Below, piece after piece: positions 1-11,849 of a DNA stretch of 64,000 bases. Position 1 is the first letter of the stretch. Each line of letters opens with the position of its first letter. The DNA lies in NCBI GenBank assembly GCA_951406725.2, contig OX597822.1, positions 91,636,001 through 91,700,000 on the forward strand, given 5' to 3'. A program made the translations under genes and the position numbers. This stretch comes from Octopus vulgaris (lineage: Eukaryota). Under the pieces are notes generated by a model that saw nothing but the letters and a program-made list of their open reading frames with translations, made no database searches and was not told where the DNA came from.

Positions 1-1036
1 ATGGCATTCAGGAAATGACATTTTATGTAACTGTCTTGGACCAAAAAGTGGGAGTTTACTTTATATTCAAAGGTGCCCATGTAGTATAACAAGGTATCTT
101 GTATTTCCATAGTTAAAATTGGTGTTTGGAGGAAAGTGAAATTTTTGTCATAGTCCATGTGTTATATTAATTTAAAACTTACTAACTTAATTTAAAAAAT
201 ATTTATTACAATCAATACTACTATTGTTAAAAGTAACAAATTAGTATGAATATTTGGTTTCTTTCAAAGCGATCAGATTGACTTTGGCATTCATTCCTCT
301 GGGAGAGATAAAGCAAGTATCACTGATACTAGTGAAGCCAATTAAATATACATTCTCCTCTAGAAAATTTGGCCTTGTATTTAAAACTAATTATTTATAT
401 CATTATTAAGGCAGTGGAGATGACTGTACCAACCAACTGTTTAGATGAAATTTGCTTCCTAGCTCTTAGTTAAAACAAGCCTTATAATAATACAGGGGTG
501 GTGTATTCAATTGACTATACATCACTTATTTTTTAAAAATCACAATTGTCACATCCTTCCCCTTCCTGAGTTAAGTTCCCTCATAATTAAATTAAAATTT
601 TATATTTCTGAGATGAGACTTTTCATTTATGCAACATTTTTATTCTAGCCCCTTCTGCATGTTTTATAAAACTATTGTTAAAATAATTATTTTAAAAATC
701 TTCCATTGGTGGTTTTATAATTCTTTTTCTATACTGCCACGAATTGGACAGCTTTAAAGACACCTACATCAGTCCGAATGCTACAAAATCTTTTTAAAAT
801 CTATTATCAATAGTATATTATTTCCTCTAAGTGTGACAAACAGAGTCAATTGCTTAGCATTTTATATCCAGGAAGTGTTAATAGACATAAGGAAAAATAA
901 TATTCCTCCTTCTTCTAATGTTATTAATAGCATAAGTGAAGTGACAGACCAGTTCCACAGCACTTGTAAAGATAAAAAGATTTAAAACATGAAATAAATT
1001 AAGAACTACTGAGACTACTGAGTTGGTTATACTTAC

Positions 1037-1200
1037 TACTAGCTGTGGAACCAGTACATGTACTGTCTGATACTGTACTGCAATTACTGCGCATGCTGCT
1101 TGTCCTGCCATTGGTGTGATGAGATCTTGACGGAATTACAGTATTGTGGACCCAAGCAGTCAGATTTGCTAGTTGGGCCTCCATCCGTTCCATTCGAACC
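1037..1200 (-). CDS. SRCIN1: Coding exon with first coiled-coil motif
   Basis: ttacag acceptor and gtaagt donor. 164 nt, phase 2 to 1: (K)VRMERMEAQLANLTAWVHNTV..., matching the family motif RM..ME.Q+A.LT..V. Confidence 0.85.
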
Positions 1201-2674
1201 CTGTAATGAAAGGTAAACAAATGTTATACATTCATTTATTCTTTTGTGAAAGGAGGGTTCAATCAAACACTCTGTCAGCTGGTTCCTTGTTATTTTGAAA
1301 TTTTGAATTTTTATAATCTCATAATCTACTTAATGTTAGACAGTTGCTGACATAATAATGATATTAAAGTTATAGATATAATTCAAAAGTCAATCTGGGA
1401 CATGAATTCACTACATTTCAACTGAAAAATTGACATCCATTCTGTCACAGTTTATCAATAAAAATAATATAAAGGTCATGGCCACAGTAAAAAAGAAATG
1501 AAAAAAAAAAAGAATATTAGTTTATAACAACTGGTATTTAGTTTATGAACATGTATTAAAACAGTAACTTGATTGATGGTATTATGATTGTAAGATTTAC
1601 TTTATTGTTCTAACATCTCACAGGTATGAGAAAGAACTGTAAATAACTATCTCTTTTATAAATTGAGCTACCTTGTCTTTTCAGTATCCACTAATACAGC
1701 TTGTAAGTCAGATCAACCAGAGATCTGTTAGTCTACATCACCTAAAATCTCTTCTGCAACCAAACCAATGTGATTCTCCAGCCTCTCTTGTTCTCATTAT
1801 AATGAGCATCTTTTAACCCTCTGATGTATTCCCACTTGAATCATGTTTTAGTACACAGAAGAAACTGAATATTATTTACTTTAATTTCACTAGCTTAGGA
1901 CGTTTTACAGTGTCTATGGGTACTGCTATTTTCTCTATTGAAATATAAGGAATAAATAACATTACTGGGAACACAGTGGAGCATAGAATCTGTAGCAATT
2001 AGTGATATTACCAGTAGAGGATGGAATAACAGTGAAGTTTGAACTGAACAGCATTACCACTAGATAGCATGAAAATGAAGAATGAAATGGACTATGTTAC
2101 TTCTATGTTGTACATTTGACAAAACTGCTAGTAAGGATTGAAAGGGCCACAGTTATTAGGAAAGGAAGAAATGTAATTTCTACAAAGCAAGACATCAGAA
2201 AAGTAGGATACAGATGTAATGAAATGATGTAAATGGCTGAGGTGACAAGCTATAGCAGTAAGAACCAAAAGACTGCCAGTTAGTGTGTTGTCCTCTGCAC
2301 TGTATCATATCTGTAGCTATAACATATGACAATCTTGCAGCCCTATATGGCAGTAACACAGTGAAATTGATGAAAGTTTTGTTTGCTTACTGTGTTGAGT
2401 TCAAATTCATCTGTGAGTATTGAATAGAGAAAGATAAGCTTTACAAAGGTAACTTATATATAGAACATGAAGACAAAGTCTTCAATGGTGCTCCAGTAAT
2501 TAAATATATCATATAAGTTACTATGAATGGGATGATAACCGTTACTTTCAAATAAAAGTGGGAATTTAGCTTTAAACCTCCCTCATTTTAACTGATGTAC
2601 TTTCAACTTTAAAATATTGTTTGTAAACAAAATTCTTGAAATAAACAAATTTAATAAGGAAAATCAAACATTAC

Positions 2675-2882
2675 TTAGTTTCTGGATCTTGAGGTGGTTG
2701 TGGTGTCATACTGCGTATTCTTTCAGGGACTGGCTCTCTTTCAGGGTTAGCTCGATAGCTTTGAGAGCGCTGTAGTTTGCAGACTGGTGTACCTTCCAGG
2801 GTTGGTGGTAAGGTTGAAGGAATTGAAGGTACAGCAGAGTAAGGTAAAGACCAATTAGGAGGTGCTATTTTACAACCATCTC
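2675..2882 (-). CDS. SRCIN1: Coding exon, Pro-rich region
   Basis: tttcag acceptor and gtaatg donor. 208 nt, phase 1 to 2 with no stops: (R)DGCKIAPPNWSLPYSAVPSIPSTLPPTLEGTPVCKLQRSQSYRANPEREPVPERIRSMTPQPPQDPET(K). Phase-compatible with the 31654 exon across a 28.8-kb intron. Confidence 0.82.
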
Positions 2883-3264
2883 CTGAAATAAAGAATTCTC
2901 AAAAGATATTAAACATGAAAAATCAAACACAATTAAAAAACACAAACTCTCTCTTTCTTTCACGCACGCACACACACATGCCCTCTAAATTAAGCTCCAG
3001 AGTCAAATATGGTCAGATTGATGTAAAAATAAACATACAAAGGTGTGAATGTATACACATATTCAGATGCATTATACAAATAAGTATGGCATCATGCAAT
3101 GGACACTTTGCAGACATATTATAGCTTTATGAAGAATCGTGCACACGCAAACATGCAAATACACATAATTCCACAAAGAGGACTATATAGCTAATCACAG
3201 AAAATCCATTAGTTACAAATATAGTGATGTGCTGAAAACTGAATCAGTTAATTGGTAAATGTAT

Positions 3265-3672
3265 ACTCTCTTTACTCTCTCTTTTACTTGTTTCAGTCAT
3301 TTGACTGCGGCCATGCTGGAGCACCACCTTTAGTCGAACAAATCGATCCCAGGACTTATTCTTTGTAAGCCTAGTACTTATTCTATTGGTCTCTTTTGCC
3401 GAGCTGCTAAGTTACGGAGACGCAATCACACCAGCATCGGTTGTCAAGCGATGTTGGAGGGGACAAACACAGACACACACACACACATACATATATATAC
3501 ATATATACGACGGGCTTCTTTCAGTTTCTGTCTACCAAATCCACTCACAAGGCTTTGGTCGGCCCGAGGCTATAGTAGAAGACACTTGCCCAAGGTGCCA
3601 CGCAGTGGGACTGAACCCAGAACCATGTGGTTGGTAAGCAAGCTACTTACCACACAGCCACTCCTGCACCTA
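3265..3672 (-). mobile_element. tRNA-derived SINE (family 1), full length
   Basis: Minus strand starts ggtgcaggagtggctgtgtggtaag (A box) ... ggttcagtccc (B box), then ccttgggcaagtgtctt, an internal (TA/TG)n tract and a tail ending gagtaaaagag. About 15 related copies occur in the window. Confidence 0.85.
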
Positions 3673-4329
3673 TAGGAGTAAATGTGTAAGCATGCTACTT
3701 GGTATGAATAACATTGAACATAAGAAAGGCAACACCTTCATTATCTTCAGTTTTATTGAATGCATGCTGTAAGGCAGAAGGAATGTCCTTATGATAGAGT
3801 AATAGATTCCAATATATAGGGGTAGGTAGTGAAAAATAAAGTCAAATAGATATTAAGTTGGAAGAAATGCATTTACAAAATCAGTTCGATTAGAGGATGA
3901 GTAAAGTCATATGTGATGTGAACTTATGTGTTAGGATATGTAAGTAGTTTCAAAATTTTTTAAAGTTTTGAACATTTTATGTTGGATTGAAAGGATTTGT
4001 ACTGTCTACTGAGAATTTGGTATTTTAACAAAAAGAATTTAAGAGCTTCCAGTTATGCATAGGTATAGCAAGGTTTCTTTGTTTCTAGTATAGGATCTGG
4101 CTCCAGATAGATTGTTCCACTTTAAGCTATATTACGTGTTATTTTTTCAAAAAAAAAGGCTAATATTACTTGATTGTTAGAATAAGAAAAATTTCACAAA
4201 CTAAGTAAATAACTCAATACTAAAAGTAGAGTGAGATGAATATTTCTAATTAATTATGCAACAAGTATACAATTGTTTTGCTTCTCAAGGAGCCATGATG
4301 CAACATTAAGCGAGGGAGTAACAGTAGTA

Positions 4330-5445
4330 AGTGGTACACAACAATTTTGGCTAAAGTAAAAAATTATGAGCAATAAATTTTATTAGTTGTAAAAGAAAAC
4401 TAAAATAGGCCATAAAAAGTTGCACTGTAGGACAGAAATTAAAAAACAGTTCAACAGAAAAAAGTCGCATGAACAAATTATTGGCAACAAAAAATACGAA
4501 TGAGCCTCAAAGAAAATTTGTGTATGTAAAAATTAATAATACAAACGTATAGTTACAATTGGATACTGGCAGTGACATCTCAATAAAACACAAATACATG
4601 GAAAAAGATCAGGAGACATAAATTAAATGAAACCTTGAAAATTGCTTGTGGAAAAATTATATTTTAAGGGCAAATTGATAAGCAACATTACATTTCGTGA
4701 AAAAAACTTAAAGGCTAAAATTTTTGCATCCAAATATACAACAAACTTGTTCAGTAATGACTGAATGGAATTGTTTAATGTATGGGACCACCTCATCAAT
4801 CTTTTCTGTAAAAATGTAAATGGTTTTTCCTCCAGTACAAATAAGTTGTCAGACAAATTAAAAACAAAAAAAATGTTTAATATTTTTCTTGAAGTTCTGT
4901 CCAATAAATTAGGTCAGTGTACCAAAATGAAGACATGGTTTCAAATACAAGAAAATGCCATACTGACATTTAAACAAAAACGAACAATACCATCTGCAGT
5001 GTTAGAACAGATAAACTTAGAGTTAGAGAGACTAGAAAAAATTGGAGTTATCCAAAAAAAGTGGAATATTCTAAATGGGCAGCACCATGTGTGTACATTA
5101 AGAAAAAGAATAATAAAACCAGAATGTGTGCTGATTTTTCCACTTGTTTTAATGAATGTTTTAAAATGTGCCACTATCTGCTACCTACTCTGGAGGATAT
5201 TTTTGCAAAATTAAATGGTGGCAAGATATTTTCTGAATTTGATCTCTCTGACACATACCTATAAATTAGAGTAGATGATGAATGCTCTATATACCTAACA
5301 ATTAACACATATATCAATACAACAGGTTACCATTTGGCTTAAAATTTGCACCAGTGATTTTTCATCAGATTATAGATGCAACGTAAGTAGACTGTAAATT
5401 CACAATTCCATATTCGGATTATATACTCATTAAAAGAGTATATAA
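4330..5445 (+). mobile_element. Degenerate Gypsy (Ty3) LTR-retrotransposon pol fragment (protease and RT start)
   Basis: QLDTGSDIS aspartic protease motif at about 4555; SKWAAPCVYIKKKNNKTRMCADFS..LPTLEDIFAKLNGGKIFSEFDLSDTYL RT motifs; frameshifts and stops. Confidence 0.8.
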
Positions 5446-5446
5446 T

Positions 5447-5810
5447 CCGTCACAGGTCTCTGTCACTTGTAGCCTACAAAAGAGTCATAAAAAGTCCTTT
5501 TGTTCATTTGGCAAGTCCAATTGTGAGGCACAGGCAGAGATGACTGTTGCAGTGCTATTCTGCAAAGCTAGTCTGAGCTTAAGTACCCTATCACACACTC
5601 TGGCTTACCTATTTCTTTGTTAGAAGGATGCCAACGCTTCCTACTCCATTAAAGTTGCCCTCCCAGGAACCTAGCTGAAGCTCCCCTCCACCAAACTTCT
5701 TGGATACAGCACACATCAACATGTCTGTTTTCAAGCATCTCAACAATCTCACTAGACCTACCTTTCGATGTGCCTACATTGACTGTGCTGACTCTGAGGG
5801 AATGTAAAGG
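5447..5810 (-). mobile_element. RTE-clade LINE 5' fragment (AP endonuclease start)
   Basis: LRVSTVNVGTSKGRSSEIVEMLENRHVDVCCIQEVWWRG followed by GVGSVGILL and RVCDRVLKLRL; degenerate. Confidence 0.75.
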
Positions 5811-7129
5811 GAAATAGGAAGTAACATGGATAGGGAGAACTGTAGCTTCCAGCATCTGAAAAGAAGGTTGTAATGAGCATTGACCAACATACATGTCATA
5901 GCAGTTGTCCTTGCATTATTCCACCATCAATTATGCTATGCTTGCCACATCCTCTGGATGTGTGTGTTATATCAGCATTAGTATTAAGCAATGATATGGA
6001 CACTAAAATAAAGAGGAGTAAGCAACCTGCACCAAATGTGAGCTATGTATAACTGAAAAGCTAAATATCATCCAATCAAAAACTAATATTTTAAACATTA
6101 GAGATTAAACTTTCTCTCTCTGCATGCATAAGCAATATTTTACACTCAAATATTTCAAAGAGGACCCACTACCTACTCTGTCACCCCATCCTGGCTAGAT
6201 TTTCTCCTCTGAGTGTGAACATTAAATGTATGCACCATATGAACTTTAAGCATAAAAGACATTTGCCTTCGTGCTGAGCTCTTCCAACACTCAAATAGAT
6301 GAGCATTACAATACCCAGGGCATTACATGATATAAACAAACTTATCATTCAAGAACCCTACAACTTTACAAACTTGACAGGAAAATGTGTGTAAAAAATG
6401 TGTAAGATAAGAGAAACTCCAGTCATATGCATACATCCAAAATCTATATACAGATATATGTACATATTGTATGTATGTATATATATGTGTGCATGTGTGT
6501 GACAGTGTGCATGCAACTGTATGTGTGTGGGGATGCATGTGTATGTGTAGTGTATGTGTGTGTGCACATACATGAGGATGTATGCATAATGCATAAAACA
6601 ACACATGATCCACAAACTGAAAATATATATATATACTAATTCATGAATATATACATAGATTTAGATATACACAATTATAACACCACTGTAAAAACATTGA
6701 TGCCAAAATGTGATAAACATTCGGCAACCAGGTGCACATATATGTAAATATGACCTATTAAGTGCACAAGTTTTAAAATCATAAAATATTAATGCAAGTA
6801 AAATATCGATGCAGGTATGTGTGTGCATCTACATGGGTGAGAAAAAGTTGAATGAAGCAAATTTTTCCGCAATTCAAATCCAAAGGAGATGATAATCCAA
6901 AAGTTGTTCCCCTGATGTCTTGTTTTTGTTTAACCAAAAATCTCAAGACTTTTATTGTGATTTTATCTGATTTTTCATGTTTTGATGTAAACTGAAGATG
7001 AACACCAATCTTCCATGTGATAAGCTTGAAAATTTCTAAGGGTGTCATTAACATGAAACCTATGGTAGCCTTAATCCTCATATATACTTACATATATGTA
7101 GCATAATGAATACTAAAATTGATAACTAC

Positions 7130-7917
7130 TACAAAGTGAGTTCCTGACACTCTGTCTAGGGTTCGTGGAATTAACGTGCAAGTGGTTGAGCACTCTGCAG
7201 ATATGCATAATCTTAATGTACTTCTTAGGGAGATTCAATGTGATACAGAATGTGACAAGGCTGGCCCTTTGAAATGCAGGTCCAACTCATTTCTGCCAGC
7301 TGCGCCTACTGGAGCTGAGTGTATGTGAAATGAAATGTCATATTTCAAGAACAAATCGAAATCGATCAACATCAATGGAAATTGTAGCTGAGATACCTGT
7401 GCCGGTGGCATGTAAGAGAACCATCCGAACGTGGCCGTTGCCAGCGCCACCACGACTGGCCTCCGTGCCGGTGGCATGTAAAAAGCACCATCCGATTGTG
7501 GCCGTTGCCAGCTTCGTCTGGCCCCCGTGCCGGTGACACGTAAAAAGCACCATCCGATCGTGGCCGTTTACCAGCCTCGTCTGGCCCCCGTGCTGGTGAC
7601 ACATAAAAAGTACCATCCGATCGTGGCCGTTTGCCAGCCTCGTCTGGCACCTGTGCAGGTGGCATGTAAAAAGCACCCACTACACTCACGGAGTGGTTGG
7701 CATTAGGAAGGGCATCCAGCTGTAGAAACAGTGCCAGATCAGACTGGGCCTGGTGCAGCCTTCTGGCTTCCCAGACCCCAGTTGAACCATCCAACCCATG
7801 CTAGCATGGAAAACGAACGTTAAACGATGATGATGATGATGAACGTGCTGCTGGAAATCAAACTCACAACCTTACAATCATGAGCAGAATACCCTAACCA
7901 CTAAGCCATGTGCCTTC
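7130..7917 (-). mobile_element. tRNA-derived SINE (family 2) split by an RTE 3'-end insertion
   Basis: Head gaaggcacatggcttagtggttagggta...gtgagtttgatttcc at 7845-7917 on the minus strand. The body resumes below about 7340; 7341-7842 is foreign sequence. Confidence 0.6.
7341..7842 (+). mobile_element. RTE LINE 3' UTR with ~61-bp tandem repeats and (GAT)n tail
   Basis: Repeat unit gtgccggtggcatgtaaaaagcaccatccgatcgtggccgttgccagc...; ends catgctagcatggaaaacgaacgttaaac(gat)n. Homologous to the 3' end of the RTE at 26150-26500. Confidence 0.8.
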
Positions 7918-8291
7918 AAAAACACACAGGCAAGAGTATGGATAAACATACTAACCTCACTTAAAATGGGACATCCACTCATTCTATCATCAATATTACT
8001 ACTGCTAATTCTAATTCTACTACTAATAATAATAGCATACATAACACTGACAATACTCTAGAATATATCATATACGAGGGAGATGAATCTGACAGATTCA
8101 ATTTCACCCAGATTGATATCTTAGTAATAACATTAACATATGATATAAAGGATGCAACAGTAAAATACAAAGAGGCTGTCCATTATCAGGCAACTACTGA
8201 AGATTTAACATTTATAAGTGTATATTGGAGCCACCATCAATTTTAAATGCCAACTTGAACTCTTTTAAATCTACTAAACACAATAAATCTA

Positions 8292-9577
8292 CAGGGGTTG
8301 GACAAAAAAACGGAAACATCTAGCATCATAGCATCATAATTTTGAAATATCTATAAAACCGTCAGAAGCTTGTTTATTTTTATGTTTTTGATTTATTATA
8401 AGTGTTGCTTAAAATGTTTTGCTAAAATTGCTGTTTACTTTTCAGATATCATCAGAACAAGGTAATTAAAATTCATTAAAATGACAGATCTATCGGACTT
8501 TCAAAGAGATCAAATTGTTGGTGCTCGTATGGCAGGAACTAGCGTAACGAAAACAGCCGAAATGTTTGGTGTATCAAGAAGTACTGTCTCGACAGTAATG
8601 ACAGCCTTTGAGAAAGAGGGGAAAACCTCCTCGTTGAAACAAAACTCCAGATGAAAACCAAAACTTTCAGATAGGGACCATTGGACTCTTATGTGAATTG
8701 TTAGAAAGGATCACAAAAGTACAGCTCCCAAAATTACTGCAGAGCTTAATGACCACCTTGAGAAACCAGTTTCTACAAAAACTGCTCACTGGGAGCTGCA
8801 CAAAGCCAGATTTCACAGGAAGGCTGCCATCAGAAAACCACTACTTTCAAAAACAAACGTTGCAAAGCATTTAGAGTGGAGTAAAAACCTACAGAATTGG
8901 TCCCTAGAGCAATGGAAGAATGTTATTTTCTTGGACAAATCATCCTTTACCTTATTTCCAACCACTGGCTGAGTATACATGTGCAGACAGCCAAAAGAAG
9001 CATTTGACCCTAGGTCAAATGCTTCTTCAAGTGCCTTCTTCCAACTGTTAAGCATGGAAGAGTATCTGTGATGATCGGGGGCTATATCTTGGAAATCTGC
9101 CAGCCCAATGGTTTCTCTTCATAGCAGAATTAATAGTCAAGACTATTTAAGCCTTTTATCTGCTCAAATTCATCCTATGGTTGCAGAACTGTTTCCGAAG
9201 GGAAATGCAGTCTTTCAGGATGATAATGTACCAATTCACACAGCTAAAGTTGCTACTGAATGGCACAAGGAACATTCTAGTGAAGTTGAACATTATCTGG
9301 CCACCACAGTCCCCAGATCTCAATATTATTGAACATTTATGGTGCATTTTAGAAAAACAAGTAAGGGGGCGATATCCTCCACCATCAGCACTACAATAAC
9401 TGGAGACAGTTTTAGCTGAAGAATGGACAAAAATTCTTTTGGAAACAATTCAAACTTTGTACGAGTCCATACCTCGTAGAATTCAAGTTGTAATTACTGC
9501 CAAAAGTGGTCCTACTCCATATCAAAATAAATTTGTTTGAAATTTTAAGGTGTTTCCATTATTTTGTCCAACCCCTG
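8292..9577 (+). mobile_element. Complete Tc1-family DNA transposon, inactivated
   Basis: TIRs CAGGGGTTGGACAAAA..GGAAACA and TGTTTCCATTATTTTGTCCAACCCCTG, with TA on both sides. Transposase from ATG 8481 (MTDLSDFQRDQIVGARMAG...) includes FQDDNVPIH and [15 protein letters not shown], with stops and frameshifts. Confidence 0.92.
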
Positions 9578-10869
9578 TAATAAATAATAAGCTGACCATA
9601 TACATAACCTTAAAAAAATGGTGTGCCATATCATATTACTTGGTCTATCATCAATATTGTTGTTCAATACTAGAGCAATAATGCTCCGTGTTGATTAAGC
9701 TTAAAAGATTCTATACAAATCCTTATTACATAATGCATAGCAATTACTGAACAGACAAAATGAAGCATTTATCACTTGTTGTCCAGAGATTCTTCAAAAC
9801 ATTCTAATTTTATCACAAATCTAAATGTAGTGCTTTTGAATCTCTCAATATAATTCTCACTCACATACAGCAAAAGTTCCTCATATGTCTCTTTAATTTA
9901 ATTTAATTTAATTTAATCTATAGAGCACCACTTTATTCATCCTCTTATATCTTCATTTGTTTCTCCTATTCTAAATTCACCACTTACTTGACCTCTGTAT
10001 GTTTCCATAATTCTTAATTTTATAATGCATTCTGTTTATAATACAATGACTTAACAAGATGTTATTTTCTAGAAATTACATAACATATTGTAGCACCCAC
10101 TTTAGATATTCTCAGTTTGTGTACAAATTTGAAGATCTTTCGGCTTTCACTCCTATGCTACTCCAATACCCACACTTAACCATATTTTCATACTCTTCAT
10201 TGAACTTACAATTTTAATTATTAATTAATAAAAAATAGTTACAATAAATAGTTTCTTTATTTTACTAACTATTAACAAACACATATCTGAAGAGCACACA
10301 CTGCCCTCAGAATGCTAACCTTCTAGTACCTCTCTTCTCCTCTCTTCCCACACACATTTGCATTGGTGACTACACCACACTGCTGTAGATAGTAGGTATA
10401 TTTTATCTTGTACGCCACCTCCCACTCCTGGTAGCTAATCTAATTAACTGATAATTCTAATGTACTTGACCTACATGCTGTCACTATTACACATACACAT
10501 GGTCTTCTTCACACCAAACCACTTAGCACCCCACTTCCCAACTCATATTGGTGGTACTAGTCGCTCCTTGCTATATATCTTTCTCTAACTCTAGAAATTT
10601 ATATATCTATCCTTTGTTATGATTGTTATCCATCTTCTTATTAGTATGGCCTTATTTCCTCTGCTCTCTTTGTTTACACTTTCCTTTATACCTCACACTA
10701 ATAGTAAACCAAAACCTCTCTGCTGAGACTTTGCCTCATTCTTTCTCCAGTGGTGGAATAGACTGCTGCTATAATGTTGGATGACTGTCATTACCAAAGA
10801 AATGCACCATCTGTGCATCTATTCTTGGAGCAGCGGTTAGAGACTATCCATACACCGTCTTCCTTCCTC

Positions 10870-10993
10870 CTATACTAGGTTTCAGGTTCACTCCCATTGC
10901 ATGGCACCTTCACCAAGTGTCTTCTACTAATGCCCCAAGCTGACCAAAGCCTTTTTAGTGGATTTAGTTTGTAGAAACTAAAAGAAGCCCATC

Positions 10994-11024
<31 letters not shown>

Positions 11025-11100
11025 TGTATGTATGTATGTATGTATGTATGTAGGTAGGTATGTAGGTAGGTAGGGATGGATGGAGGGAGGGAGGGAGGCA
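10870..11100 (+). mobile_element. Partial family-1 SINE followed by (TATG)n/(TAGG)n microsatellite
   Basis: ggttcactcccattgcatggcaccttcaccaagtgtcttctact...gtggattt...aagaagcccatc, then tetranucleotide repeats. Confidence 0.65.
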
Positions 11101-11666
11101 AGCAGGCATATTTGTAAAAAATGAATAAGAAAGATACTTGTGATAATTTTTTCCACTTTAATTATTAATTGTTTACAAATTGCATAATGACTTTGTTAAC
11201 ACACCTCATGCTTAAATACATGTCATAACTGAATCTGATATCAGTTGTATGCCTGTTTATAATTTTATAATATTTCATGTGTGTGTGTGTGTATGTGTAT
11301 CTGTGTATGTATATTGTGGGGGCACATAGTTTAGTGGTGTTGTGCTCATGATTATAATATCGTGGTTTTGATTCCTGGACTTGATGATGTATTGGATTCT
11401 TAAGCAACACACTTCATTTCATATTGTTGACAAAAATGAGTTATTCTGTGATGGTCTGGTGCCCCATCCAGCTGACAAGTATACACATCAAAGAATCTGG
11501 GAAACTGGCCTTATGAGCCAATGGCTTGCAAAGGACCTTTGACCCTTTGATATTTTTGCATATATGTGTGTGTATTCATTTATACATATGTATGTGTGTG
11601 TGATGTGTGTGTATATATTGTATTAATAAATAAAATAGGGGATGGAATGTGTAATAAACTTTATTG

Positions 11667-11708
11667 GTCCAATGCATGTTTCGACCCATTCTGGGTCTCT
11701 TCAGGTAC
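11667..11708 (-). ncRNA. Degenerate minimal type-I hammerhead ribozyme (PLE pLTR remnant)
   Basis: Minus strand reads gtac CTGAAGA gaccca-gaa-tgggtc GAAA c-atgc ATT ggac. Stem II is perfect; stems I and III have mismatches. Confidence 0.6.
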
Positions 11709-11769
11709 ATCAATAAAAAGTCTCACTAGAGATTTCTTGAGTCAGCTTACATACCGCTATAAGTCCATA

Positions 11770-11848
<79 letters not shown>

Positions 11849-11849
11849 G

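Noticed and set aside
735-962. Additional downstream exons of the SRCIN1-like gene (acceptor-like AG at about 781 and 963)
   Set aside because: The phase-1 frames reach stops quickly and show no family similarity; cannot be supported without transcripts.
3386-3675. Recurrent small ORFs ending in EDTCPRCHAVGLNPEPCGW
   Set aside because: Antisense translations of the family-1 SINE, repeated at many copies.
7398-7680. CRISPR-like array
   Set aside because: Units are contiguous tandem repeats without unique spacers, lie in an RTE 3' UTR of a eukaryote, and have no cas genes.
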